From Chrysemys picta bellii (lineage: Eukaryota): a DNA stretch of 64,000 nucleotides. Of this stretch, positions 37,601 to 49,464 are shown piece by piece (position 1 is the stretch's first letter; each line of letters begins with the position of its first letter). The position numbers and the translations under genes are program-made. The notes under the pieces were generated by a model. It was given only the letters and a program-made list of their open reading frames with translations. It ran no database searches and was not told the origin of the DNA. The DNA lies in NCBI RefSeq assembly GCF_011386835.1, contig NC_088800.1, forward strand, positions 620,001 through 684,000. Reading direction: 5' to 3'.

Positions 37601-40600
37601 AGTGACCCCACCACACCCCAGTCCCGAATTTCCCCCAAACCGTCTGCCCTGAAGCGTCCAGCCCTCTCCTGGAACGTTCAGAGGAGTAGTAAGCTCCATT
37701 GCTCCTTTAAAGAGACAAAAACACAACTCCAGTTAAGGCAACAAGCTGCTAACGATTACTTCAAACCCAGCTCAGGGCTGGTTTAGATTAAAAGTAAAGT
37801 ACGTTTATTAACAAAAGAGAGAGGTTTTATGTGAGTTCAAGTACAAGGGATAAAGCCAAAGGGATTACAAGCAGATTCAAGTCAAATACATTTTCTGGTG
37901 GCCTAGACTTAACTCAACCAGCTCCAGCCTTGGGTCAAGGTAGATTTCTTACTAATCTTTTTCTTTCCAGCCATGGCCAACTGTCCCTCAGTCACCATCC
38001 ACAGAAGTACAAGGGGCGGTTTCCCTTGGCTTCCTAGGTGAAAGACCCTTGCCGAGGCAGTTTTTTCACCTATATTCAGTTCCTCGAGACTCCAATCCCC
38101 TTGGCTGAAGGACCCGTCTTTCTCAGCTTGCAGAGTGCTAGCCCCTTGTGTCTGGCCAGTGAGGGATGCCAAGATGGCTTCTTTTCTCTCCCCAAACTCA
38201 CTGTTTTGTCCCCAGACTCAGATGACCCCAGGCTGGTCTTCCCTGCTGTGTACTTCCTATCCCATTGAGCTGTATGTAACTGGGGCTTCCATTGGTTTTG
38301 GTCACACCTTGTTTGACGTCATTGGGAGACAGCCTGTTTTCCCTTTGTTTGGTCACAGACTATAAAGCAGAATATCTGTGAGCATCCACAGTTCCTCATA
38401 CAGTGTTAATAGAGATACCTTACAAAGATGGTAATCACCAGGGTGTCATCAGCTTTCATACTCGATACACGTGTATAGCACTAATATTGTACACAATCCA
38501 CTGACTCAACTACTTACGGCCTGGCTGTAGAGTCCCGTAAACCACTGACGTGCATTCTCAGATAAGATGTCATGCTGTTTCCTTCCCTGCCCACTGGTGA
38601 TAGTTGCCTTCTTACCTCCTCCCCTTGGTAGCCAGATGGCTCTATTGACCTTAGATTATAAATGCACCTTCATTCTCCCTGCCTGACGCCAAGGCTGGTC
38701 AGCCAAGCAAATACATTGCAGTGTCTAGGGCAGACTAGGCCTGTGTGCATGGCTGAGAACACAAGTCTAGCACATACGTAACTGTTCGTACACCCCCAGG
38801 ACAGACATCACACAAGGATATTAATGAGCAGTGAGCTATTCATTTCCCAGTGATAGCTCACATGCCACCTTTGGGGATATACATGACAAGCAAGTGAGGT
38901 GTAGGGACAAGTGTTGCTGCCAGACCCCCCAGGGGCCGCTGGCTTACACCCTGCTTGCACACCTATTCTGCGGCACTGCTGCTCCCGCCCCCCATGCTGC
39001 TTGTGGCTCAGCCAACACCTCGAAGCCTGTGAGGACAGCTACAGAAAATGATTCTTGCCAAGAAGCCCCTCTGGGTCCGGCTAGAATCTACATCCCTTGG
39101 GGCAAGGTGGGGGCAGGGGAAGTCGATGAGACTTCCCATCTCATCCTGACCCCAGGGTTCCTCAGAGGAGAGAGACTCCCAGTTTCACATCTCTGCCCAG
39201 AGGTGAGTCCCCAGTCAGGGGGAAGAGAACCCCACATCCATCCCACGCCCTGCTATTGGTGCAGGGCCCAGCAGCTCAGCTGCAATTCAGAACCTGATCT
39301 GACCCTTCCACCCTTCTCTACCACACCCCCTCACGGTTCCACCCACGTATCCGCAGCAGGAAGGGAACAGATGCCACAAGAATGGGGCCCTGTGGGGCAG
39401 ATTCCTCCCCTGACTCTGGCATGCAACGGAGAGGAGTAGAGACCCCAGAACGCCCAGCACCAGGAGCCAGTCACCTCCCTCCAAGCCAGGAGGCAGATGG
39501 TGGAACTCAGCATAGGCACTGCTGAGCTCTAACTTCTCTGCAGCATGCCATGTCAAACACGCTGGGCCAAGGGGAGCCTCCATGCAGTGCAATGGGTGCA
39601 TGCCTTGGGGCAGGAATAAACCACTCTACTCTGACCCCCTCTACAGGCTCTGGAGCTCGGTGTCCAGTCCATGCAGCTAGGAGAGGTGTCCTTCCTGCTC
39701 ACCAGCTTCCTGTATGCTTACGGTCACCTGGGCAGGTAGGCTGTGGTTGATCCTCTCCCTGCTCTGGGCTTAGAGCTGCAAGGTGCTGCCCACCCCTCAC
39801 TGTTCCTTTGGCAAAAGGAACAAAGAGTAATCCAGGCGCTGGTTGCCTGGAGGGGTCCTGTCGTCCTGGCCCAGCTGTCCCTAGTAAAATCACAGCTATC
39901 CACACTGTTTGTGATTCCGGGGTTCCAGAAGCCAAGGAGTTCTGCACCCTGACTCCCAGAAGGCAGGAGCCCAGGGAAGGGAGTACTGGGGAAAGGCAAA
40001 AATCTCACTTCCTCCCCCCAGGGACCCTGATATCCCATCGGATGCCTCATTACTGTATGAGGTGACCCTGCTGCAGATCCGGGACAGCCCCGATCCGGGG
40101 CTCCTGCCACCCTCTGCGCGAATCGGCCTCAGCAAGCAGAAGAGGGAGCGAGGGAACTTCCACTTTGAGCGGGAGGAGTACCAGCGGGCCATGCGATCCT
40201 ACCAGCTGGCCCTGGGCATCCTGGACTCACCTGGTGCAGGTAAAATAAGAGGCCACCTGGGCTCGGGGCACATGAGTTGCGTGGAGGGGAAACTGGGGGC
40301 TTCACCCTAAGAGGGTCTGGGATTAGCAGGGAGAGAGTCCGAGATCAGAGGCTGGCACAGGACTGGGGTTGCACGTTCTGAGTGAGCTGCAGAACACACT
40401 TGTCCCAGCTGGCTTTGACCGCCTTGTTGTTGGGCTCATTCCCAGTCCCTCCGAGCCCCGAGGAGGAAGAGGAGCTGCAAGAGCATCAAGTGAAATGTCT
40501 TAATAACTGTGCGGCCGCCCAGCTGAAGCTGCAGCTGTTTGAGGAGGCGTTGGCATCATGCACTGCAGTGCTGCACATCGACCCCAACAACGTGAAGGCT

Positions 40601-43600
40601 CTCTACAGGAAAGGCAAGGTACAGCCCAGCGCCCACGTCAAGGGAACCCAGCAGACGGGCACAGACCCGGAGAGGAGGGAAAAGGCTGGTAGGAGATGGA
40701 GGGGAGGGAGACTAGAAGCATTGGATCTGCAGGTTCCAGGATGAGATCTCACCAGTCAGGCCCTCTTTCTCCAACTGCTCTGAGTCTGGGTTGGAGACCG
40801 TTACACCAGCGGTTCTCAAACCTTTGTACTGGTGACCCCTTTCACAAAGCAAGCCTCTGAATGCAACCCCCCTTATACGTTAACAACACTCCTTTATATT
40901 TAACACTTATAAATGCAGGCGGCGAAGCGGGCCTTGGCGGTGGAGGCTGACAGCTCACGACCGCCTGAGGGGTCACAAACCCCAGTCTGAGCACCCTGCC
41001 TTACCCCAAAGGGACTGTCTGAGAAAGCAAAGAGAGACGGGGGCAGGGGGAGAATGGGCAGCAGGAGAGAAGGAAGAGGAGCCAAGAGGAAAGTACTGGG
41101 AGTTAGTAACCAAACGGCTCTTCCTCTGGGTGTATCTGAGGCTCTCTCCAGTGAGCCCTTCCCCCTTATCACTGCGTCCCATCCCCCATAGCTCTATGCC
41201 TCCTGATCGGTTTCCCTTCTTTTCTTTACCGTCTCCTCTGTCTCCCAGCTGCTGTCAGAACGAGGAGAGGACCAGGAAGCCATGAATACCCTAAAGAGAG
41301 CCCTCCAGCTAGAGCCCACCACAAAGGTAAAGAGCAGAGCCTAATTCCTGAATTATCCACTCTCCCTGGAGCGGGTGGGCAGCGAGGGGCCCTCCCTCCT
41401 GGCTCCAAGGGGAGAGCTCACCGTGCACTGCCAGCAAGCAGCACATTTACAGGGGTAGCCGGTATCCTGCTTATTTCACTCAGGGATCCCAAAGTGCTTT
41501 AGCCAGGTGTTACGGGCCCAGGGGGCAGTGACCTACCCAAGGTCATACAGGTCAGTGGCAGAACAGGAAATAGAGGCCAGGAGCCCTGACTAACCAGGAG
41601 TGAACTCAACCAGATTCCCACTAAAGCTGCTGCCATATAAAAGGTTTGAGAGGCAGGAGGAATGCCAGTTGCAGGACAAAAAGCCCCCTCCCCGTGCTCC
41701 GGAAGGAAGCAAGTGGAGCCCTCCAGGGTTAACGACCTGCTGTCCTCTCTTGGTCTCTTCCAGGCAATCCACGCTGAGCTCTCAAAGCTAGCGAAGCGTC
41801 AGAAAGGGCAGCCGGAACGCCCTGCCCCCACAGGCGTGGACGGCCTGGTGCAGCCAGCAGCACGCCAGAGCGCATGGGTATGTAGGCTTGGCCCAACCAG
41901 GGTGCTGGTGCTGCTCCTGCTCCGGCACAAGAACTCGGCCTCCCCGTTACTGCCCCTGGTCGCAGTTACGCCTGTGTCTGCAGCCAAAGCCTGATCACCT
42001 CAGGCCCTGCCTTGCCCAACCTGCCTGCCTGGCTGTGACTCCTGTCATCCTGGCCCAAGGCCCTGAGTTTTACCAGAGTGATTCATTCCCAGCTGGAAGG
42101 CTCAGGTAGAGGCTATGTCACCTCTTCTTGGGTGGAGACACTTCCCCTGTTGCCCATGAACAGGAGAGCATGGTCTACACACGGGGGGCGCCTGCTGGTT
42201 TGTGTATGTGAGCAGAAAGCTGGCGGGTGGATGCTAGCACTGCGGAAAGGAGCCATGGGGCCTCTTATAATTCCCTATGCTCTCCCCAGGGCAGATGCTG
42301 ATGGTGCAGAACCCAGGTCTTCATTGTTGGGGGACTGGGAGGGAGGTGTGTCTGATCCAGCGGCAAGAGGCCAGGGCCTGGGTAGAGGAACCCAGGACCT
42401 CGCTGCTCCACCAGGTTCCAGCCCAGAGCCCATCAAATGGTAGTTAAAAAATGTGCGGCATACACCTGCTCCCTGGGCCACTTCCTATCCTGGCTTCCTC
42501 TGCTGGTGCCCTCTTACGTTCTCCCTGGAGTCCTCTCAGGTCCCCTCCAGAGGTGTTCCTCTCTCCATCATGGCTCATCGATGCCACCCATCCTCTGCTG
42601 GTGCCCTCTTACGTTCTCCCTGGAGTCCTCTCAGGTCCCCTCCAGAGGGTGTTCCTCTCTCCATCATGGCTCATCGATGCCATCCATCCTCTGCGGTGGC
42701 TTGGCAGCAGGGCCTGGGCCAAACCACCCGGGGCCCAGCAGCTTCTCGTCAGGAGCCTGCAACACACAACTGCCCCCCAGACTGAGCTGAGCTGCCCCCT
42801 TGGAGCTCAGCCTCCACCGAGAGCATGTCCGGCAGGGGCAGCTGGGCAGAACTGTCTGGGCCGAGGGCTGGTCCTTAGCCCTGATCAGTGTGGGGCTTGC
42901 ACACCCCATCGCACCCATTCACTAGGTCCCTGCCTCGCTAGGGCCCATGCAGACACTCCCAGCCCCATCTGGCATTGTGCAGGGATGGGCTGGAAGGCTG
43001 CAGAGACTCACACCTTCTTGTCAACTGCCTGTGATGGGCCGCTCTCTTACCACTTCAGAGGTTATTTTTCCTCCCTTGGTATCCTGCTGTTCATTGATTT
43101 ATCTCACTAGACTGACCTCACACTTGGTAAAGCGACCCCCATCCTTTCATGTCTTTATACCTGCGCCTGTATTTTTCACTCCGTGCATCTGATGAAGTGG
43201 GCTCTAGCCCACGAAAGCTTATGCCCAAATAAATGTTAGTCTCTAAGGTGCCACAAGGACTCCTCCTTGTTTTAACCCAGCAATGGAACCCAGAAACTAA
43301 GACAGGAACAAGCAGCCTGGCTGGCAGTCGGGTTGTGGGGAGGGAGATGAATCAGAGCCTTCCTTGGCCCGCCCCTATCATCTCAAAACTCTTGACACAC
43401 AACAACCATCTTAGCTACACCCTCTCCCTACGAGGCAGGTCAGCATCACTGTCCCTGAATCACAAGTAGCGAGACCACAGCCCATTCAGATGACCTGTGG
43501 AGTCAGAAATGGAAAGAGAACCTCCATCTCCTAGGTACAGGGGCTGCACTCTCCTCCGAAGACAACAGGCTTGGTGAGCCCTGCCCATGGCCAGCCTCAC

Positions 43601-43842
43601 ACGGCCAGGCCCCAGGCTGCCTTGTGGGGTTCTTGCCGTGCAGGGGGCTGTTGTGAAGCTCATTCTCTCCATCTCTCTCTCTCCTCTTGCAGATGGACCC
43701 CAATGGCCCACAGCCATTGAAGGACACTAGCTGAGTTGCCTCCTGTTTTTTCCAGGTCACCCCCTGGAAGCTGCTTTTTGGTGCTGTGGCCGTGGCTCTG
43801 GGCAGCACAGTGACCTCCATCTTCCTGACAACACGGAGCTGA
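34661..43842 (+). CDS. FKBP8 (FKBP38)-like immunophilin: FKBP domain, TPRs and C-terminal tail anchor, about 400 aa. Exons 34661-34934, 36117-36286, 39647-39735, 40022-40239, 40446-40618, 41249-41326, 41764-41877, 43756-43842
   Basis: Spliced product aligns by eye with recalled FKBP8: GQEVTVKL...GDVIQ|ALELGV...YAYG, KRERGNFHF, VKCLNNCAAAQLKL...NNVKALYRKGK, AIHAELSKL, PWKLLFGAVAVALG. All introns GT-AG and in phase; CDS 1203 nt. The ATG is the first in-frame one after a TAG at 34481, so it is less certain. Confidence 0.88.
35778..35960 (+). mobile_element. Tortoise-type PolIII SINE
   Basis: GGGATAGCTCAGTGGTTTGAGCATTGG...GTGAGTTCAATGC head followed by the CR1-like tail GGTCCCTTCCAGTTCCATGAGA. 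Confidence 0.85.
36656..36750 (-). mobile_element. CR1 3'-tail fragment
   Basis: Minus strand reads GGGGTTAGACTGGATGAC...GGTCCCTTGGTACCCTGTGGATCTGTGATTCT. Confidence 0.5.
37432..38930 (-). mobile_element. Long LTR-like element in intron 2 of the FKBP8-like gene
   Basis: Starts TGTAAC, has a minus-strand AATAAA at about 37805, and resembles long retroelement LTRs in composition. Right end and TSD not resolved. Confidence 0.5.
40807..40998. mobile_element. hAT-type MITE
   Basis: CAGCGGTTCTCAAAC ... TGAGCACCCTG with degenerate TSD CGTTACAC / CCTTACCC. Confidence 0.7.
42497..42694. repeat. 95-bp near-perfect tandem duplication
   Basis: CCTCTGCTGGTGCCCTCTTACG... starts at both 42497 and 42592. 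Confidence 0.9.
43020..43272 (+). mobile_element. Penelope-like element end containing a minimal hammerhead ribozyme (43185-43224)
   Basis: GCAT CTGATGA A GTGGG-CTCTAG-CCCAC GAAA GCTT ATGC followed by a tail shared with the copy at 57111. Confidence 0.75.
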
Positions 43843-44035
43843 GACTACCCAAGGACACGAGGGATGCAGGGGGTTTACAGCCCCTCCCACAGCAAAGGGG
43901 GGGCCCAGGGAGGTGTCATCCCATCAACTCCTCCTGTGCGAGTCCTGGGGTGTCCAGCACAGGATGCAGGCCACATTCCCAGTGAAGCCAGGATCACCAG
44001 CTGACAGGACTTTAGCAGTGACCTGTGTGTCTGTA

Positions 44036-44041
44036 AATAAA
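44036..44041 (+). terminator. Polyadenylation signal of the FKBP8-like gene
   Basis: AATAAA about 195 nt after the stop, followed by a GT-rich tract. Confidence 0.65.
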
Positions 44042-44159
44042 CGTGGCTGTTGTTTAGCCAGCGCCCTGCAGCCAGGCCTGATCTCAGCGTGGGGATTGGG
44101 GCGTGCAGAGGGCTGCACTCCAGGCCTCATCCCCCACCCCCAAGTGCCTGGACCTCAAC

Positions 44160-44400
44160 CCTGGACCTCAACCCAGCACCCCCAGAGCGCCAGGACCTCC
44201 CCCACAACCCCCAACTCAGCACCCCCAGAGCGCCAGGACCTCCCCCACAACCCCCATCACAGCACCCCCAGAGCGCCAGGACCTCCCCCACAACCCCCAA
44301 CACAGCACCCCCAGAGCGCCTGGACCTCCCCCATCACAGCACCCCCAGAGCACCTGGACCCCCCGAGCACCTAGACCCGCACCCCAACACCTGGAGCTCA
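44160..44400. repeat. C-rich minisatellite (about 40-45 bp, 5-6 imperfect units)
   Basis: Repeated CACCCCCAGAGCGCCAGGACCTCCCCCA upstream of the SERF2 promoter. Confidence 0.8.
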
Positions 44401-44439
44401 CCCCACCCCCAGCGCCTGGCCCTCAACCCCGCCCCTTTC

Positions 44440-44615
44440 TGTAGCCAATCATAAACCCGACTCCCAAGTCCGCCCCTCACTGCGTCGAGCCAATGAGGAG
44501 CCTCCAGGGGGCGGGGCCGAGGTGCCGGTTGGGCAGCTTGTGGCCTCGCTGACGCGGAGCGGCCCTGGGTGGGGCCCGGGACGTGGCCGCTGAGCGGACG
44601 CAGCCGAGCGGAGCC
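44440..44615 (+). promoter_or_regulatory. SERF2 promoter
   Basis: Two CCAAT boxes (about 44445 and 44490), GC boxes and CpG-rich sequence immediately upstream of the ATG. Confidence 0.65.
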
Positions 44616-47600
44616 ATGACCCGTAGGTGCCGGGCGGCCCCGGCCCGGCCCTGCCGGGGGTGTGGGGGCGGGGCTTGGGAGGGGGGCTGCCCAGGGCTGT
44701 CTGGGGGGAGTCTAGGGAGGAGGTTTCTGGGGATCAGGGGAGCCCAGAGGGTTATGTGGGGAGCAGGGGTGTGTGGGGCTGGGCTGCCCGGGGCTGTCTG
44801 TGGGGGGAGTCTGGGGGGGAGGTTTCTGTGGATCAGGGGAGCCCAGAGGGTTATGTGGGGAGCAGGGGTGTGTGGGGCTGGGCTGCCCAGGGCTGTCTGG
44901 GGGGAGTCTAGGGGGGAGGTTTCTGGGGATCAGGGGAGCCCAGGGGGTTATGTGGGGAGCAGGGGGGTATGGGGCTGGGCTGCCCAGGGCTGTCTGGGGG
45001 GAGTCTGGGGGGGAGGTTTCTGTGGATCAGGGGAGCCCAGAGGGTTATGTGGGGAGCAGGGGGGTATGGGGCTGGGCTGCCCAGGGCTGTCTAGGGAGGA
45101 GGTTTCTGGGGATCGGGGGAGCCCAGAGGGTTATGTGGGGAGCAGGGGGGTGTGGGGCTGGGCTGCCCGGGGCTGTCTGGGGGGGGAGTCTAGGGGGGAG
45201 GTTTCTGGGGATCAGGGGAGCCCAGGGGGTTATGTGGGGAGCAGGGGGGTGTGGGGCTGGGCTGCCCGGGGCTGTCTGGGGGGGGAGTCTAGGGGGGAGG
45301 TTTCTGGGGATCAGGGGAGCCCAGAGGGTTATGTGGGGAGCAGGGGTGTGTGGGGGTGGGCTGCCCGGGGCTGTCTGTGGGGGGAGTCTGGGGGGGAGGT
45401 TTCTGTGGATCAGGGGAGCCCAGAGGGTTATGTGGGGAGCAGGGGTGTGTGGGGGTGGGCTGCCCGGGGCTGTCTGTGGGGGGAGTCTAGGGGGGAGGTT
45501 TCTGTGGATCAGGGGAGCCCAGAGGGTTATGTGGGGAGCAGGGGGGTGTGGGGCTGGGCTGCCCGGGGCTGTCTGGGGGGGGAGTCTAGGGGGGAGGTTT
45601 CTGGGGATCAGGGGAGCCCAGGGGGTTATGTGGGGAGCAGGGGTGTGTGGGGCTGGGCTGCCCGGGGCTGTCTGTGGGGGGAGTCTAGAGGGGAGGTTTC
45701 TGGGGATCTTGTGGGGAGCAGGGGGGTGTGGGGCTGGGCTGTCTGGGGGGGGAGTCTAGGGGGGAGGTTTCTGGGGATCGGGGGAGCCCAGGGGGTTATG
45801 TGGGGAGCAGGGGGGGTGGGGCTGGGCTGCCCAGGGCTGTCTGTGGGGGAGTCTAGGGGGGAGGTTTCTGGGGATCAGGGGAGCCCAGGGGGTTATGTGG
45901 GGAGCAGGGGGGGTGGGGCTGGGCTGCCCAGGGCTGTCTGGGGGGGGGGACTCTAGGGGGGAGGTTTCTGGGGATCAGGGGAGCCCAGGGGGTTATGTGG
46001 GGAGCAGGGGGGTGTGGGGCTGGGCTGCCTAGGGCTGTCTGGGGGGGAGGAGTCTAGGGGGGAGGTTTCTGGGGATCGGGGGAGCCCAGGGGGTTATGTG
46101 GGGAGCAGGGGGGGTGGGGCTGGGCTGCCCAGGGCTGTCTGTGGGGGGAGTCTAGGGGGGAGGTTTCTGTGGATCAGGGGAGCCCAGAGGGTTATGTGGG
46201 GAGCAGGGGGGTGTGGGGCTGGGCTGCCCGGGGCTGTCTGGGGGGGGAGTCTAGGGGGGAGGTTTCTGGGGATCAGGGGAGCCCAGGGGGTTATGTGGGG
46301 AGCAGGGGTGTGTGGGGGTGGGCTGCCCGGGGCTGTCTGTGGGGGGAGTCTAGGGGGGAGGTTTCTGTGGATCAGGGGAGCCCAGAGGGTTATGTGGGGA
46401 GCAGGGGGGTGTGGGGCTGGGCTGCCCGGGGCTGTCTGGGGGGGGGAGTCTAGGGGGGAGGTTTCTGGGGATCAGGGGAGCCCAGGGGGTTATGTGGGGA
46501 GCAGGGGTGTGTGGGGCTGGGCTGCCCGGGGCTGTCTGTGGGGGGAGTCTAGAGGGGAGGTTTCTGGGGATCTTGTGGGGAGCAGGGGGGTGTGGGGCTG
46601 GGCTGTCTGGGGGGGGAGTCTAGGGGGGAGGTTTCTGGGGATCGGGGGAGCCCAGGGGGTTATGTGGGGAGCAGGGGGGGTGGGGCTGGGCTGCCCAGGG
46701 CTGTCTGTGGGGGAGTCTAGGGGGGAGGTTTCTGGGGATCAGGGGAGCCCAGGGGGTTATGTGGGGAGCAGGGGGGGTGGGGCTGGGCTGCCCAGGGCTG
46801 TCTGGGGGGGGGAGTCTAGGGGGGAGGTTTCTGGGGATCAGGGGAGCCCAGGGGGTTATGTGGGGAGCAGGGGGGTGTGGGGCTGGGCTGCCTAGGGCTG
46901 TCTAGGGGGGAGGTTTCTGGGGATCAGGGGAGCCCAGGGGGTTATGTGGGGAGCAGGGGGGTATGGGGCTGGGCTGCCTAGGGCTGTCTAGGGGGGAGGT
47001 TTCTGGGGATCGGGGAGCCCAGAGGGTTATGTGGGGAGCAGGGGGGTATGGGGCTGGGCTGCCCAGGGCTGTCTGGGGGGAGTCTAGGGGGGAGGTTTCT
47101 GGGGATCAGGGGAGCCCAGGGGGTTATGTGGGGAGCAGGGGGGTATGGGGCTGGACTGCCCAGGGCTGTCTGTGGGGGGACTCTAGGGGGGAGGTTTCTG
47201 GGGATCAGGGGAGCCCAGGGGGTTATGTGGGGAGCAGGGGGGTATGGGGCTGGGCTGCCCAGGGCTGTCTGTGGGGGGAGTGGGGGGAGGTTTCTGGGGA
47301 TCAGGGGAGCCCAGGGGGTTATGTGGGGAGCAGGGGGGTGTGGGGCTGGGCTGCCTGGGGCTGTCTGGGGGGGGGAGTCTAGGGAGGAGGTTTCTGGGGA
47401 TCAGGGGAGCCCAGGGGGTTATGTGGGGAGCAGGGGGGTATGGAGCTGGGCTGCCTAGGGCTGTCTGTGGGGAGTGGGGCGAAGGTTTCCACAGATCAGG
47501 GGAGCCCAGAGGGTTATGTGGGGACCGGGGGGGTGGGAGTAGGCAGCCCCACTTGTGAGAGCCGGAGGCTGTGGCCTGGGGGGGTCCAAGGCGTCAGCCT

Positions 47601-49177
47601 CTCAGTGCTGACTGAAACGTTGCTTAAAGAGCCTGGGTTTTGTATCCCGGCCCGTTGGAAGCAGCGCCAGCTCCCTCTGCTAGTGGGCTGGCAGCACCGG
47701 TGCCACAGCGCGGTGGGGCTTCTAGGTGCAGCACTTCACGCACCTGCACAAGTTACTGTTCTCTGCACACCTGCTCCAGCGGCTGCTGCCTCGGCTGTTG
47801 AATGAACCGGGCTCTTCAAGGCACACACCCAGCTGCCCCGCCCTGAACAGCCCTTCCCTGGGGCTCCATGGGGACTGCCCGCGTAGAGTGCAGTGCTGCT
47901 GCCCCTTGGATACTGACAAGTTTGTTCTTCAAGACAGGTGGTCAAGTGACCCTTCTCTGAACTGACAGCTGTGCCAGTAACCCAGCCTGAGCGCTGGCAC
48001 CGGGGGACCTCCCAGTAACCTCTCATCTCAGGCTTGTGCTCCTTGCTTCCAGAACTACCTCAGACGGGAGGGCAGCTGGTGTCTGATGGGGCTGGGTCTT
48101 GGGGCCTTATCTCATCCAGGGTGCAGCGAGTCAGTCTTCTGCTGGTGTCATTGCAGGCGGTAACCAGCGTGAACTGGCCCGTCAGAAGCACATGAAGAAG
48201 CAGACTGACTCGGGCAAGGGGAAGCGGCGCGATGACGGCCTGTCGGCGGCTGCCCGGAAGCAGAGGTAACTAACTATCCATGATGAGAGGAAGAGGCAAG
48301 AGGCTGGCTTTGTTCTCTCCCAGGTTCCTGATTGGGGCTGCAGCCCCATGCTCCCTGCAGCAACTCCACCTGCCAGAGCTGCTTCTGGAGGGCTCCTAGG
48401 AAGCAGGGTCTTGGCTCCCTTCTAAGAGAGGTTCATGCTCAAAGGGCCCTGGGCCCCTGCCTGCTGTGTCCGTCCATGGTCTAGCCATGGAAGTACCATC
48501 CTCTGCTGGGAACCAGGGCCAGCATGGGGGGTCACAGTCCAGCATTCTCACCTGCAGTGTGTATAGAGCTGGGCCCTGGGCAGAACATCCTGCCATTCAG
48601 CTTTCTCTGAAATAACAATGAATGAGTGTCCGGCCTCCCCCTTTTCTCATTTCTCCTCCCTCCTGCACTGTCTTCCCTTCTCTGGGATGCTGTCTCTTTC
48701 ATCAGTCAGATTTCTCTGGCATGCTCAGTAACTTGCTCTCCCTGTCCTCCAGCAGCATGTACCCACCACCTGTGTGCCCCAGCAGAGGCCTCATCCCGTG
48801 TTGTTTCTTACTGCTTTGAGAAGACCCTGTTGTATCTCCACCTCCCTCAACTAGTTGTGTCCCGTTCTCCCCCCCACACCCCCAATCCATCCACCCACCC
48901 AAGGTTTCCAAATTCAATTATCCTGAATCTGAAGTTTGGGGGCCCTGGAGCTGCCACTCCTGCTCTGGCCAGTAGCTCCCTCATGTGCTGAAATCCTGCC
49001 TCCAGAAACTACTACTTTTGCTACCAGAAAACCTGAGATGCTTTCCCTGCCCCTCGCAGACACAGCTGCTCTCTCCTGGCCCACCAGCTAACAGGCTCCT
49101 TTTCTCCCAATAGAGACTCTGAGATAATGCAGCAGAAGCAGAAACAGGCCAGTGAGAAGAAGGAGCAACCGAAATAA
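44616..49177 (+). CDS. SERF2: Small EDRK-rich factor 2, 59 aa. Exons 44616-44622, 48157-48265, 49114-49177
   Basis: [59 protein letters not shown]. Characteristic 7-nt first coding exon (ATGACCC|GT); GT-AG introns. Confidence 0.96.
44682..47524. repeat. G-rich VNTR, about 30 copies of a mostly 97-99-bp unit, in SERF2 intron 1
   Basis: Unit approximately GGGGCTGGGCTGCCCAGGGCTGTCTGGGGGGAGTCTAGGGGGGAGGTTTCTGGGGATCAGGGGAGCCCAGGGGGTTATGTGGGGAGCAGGGGGGTGT. Copies counted by hand from the GATC anchor. Confidence 0.97.
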
Positions 49178-49464
49178 TGTGTGGGGAACTTGGTCTGGCC
49201 CAGGAGAAGTGAGGCAGCATCCCTGCCCTTCACCTTTGCGCTTGCCCTGCCCGCCTCTCCAGCCCACCACAGCCTTCTGGCCCTCTTGCTGGTAGAATGC
49301 AAAGCGTGTAGCCCCGCCGGGATTGTCCACGCCTGATGTATGTTCTCCCCACTCTCTACAATGTGCAGCCAGTGTTGGCCCAGAGGGGCTGGCCTGGGGC
49401 TGCATAGCCAAGCAGCTGCAGGAGCCCCTCGCCCTTCTTATTCACATCGGACCCACTTTCATGT

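Noticed and set aside
44583-47558. Long ORFs of up to 457 aa with repeated [10 protein letters not shown] / [10 protein letters not shown] motifs
   Set aside because: They are translations of the intronic VNTR, which has few stop codons. They lie within SERF2 intron 1.
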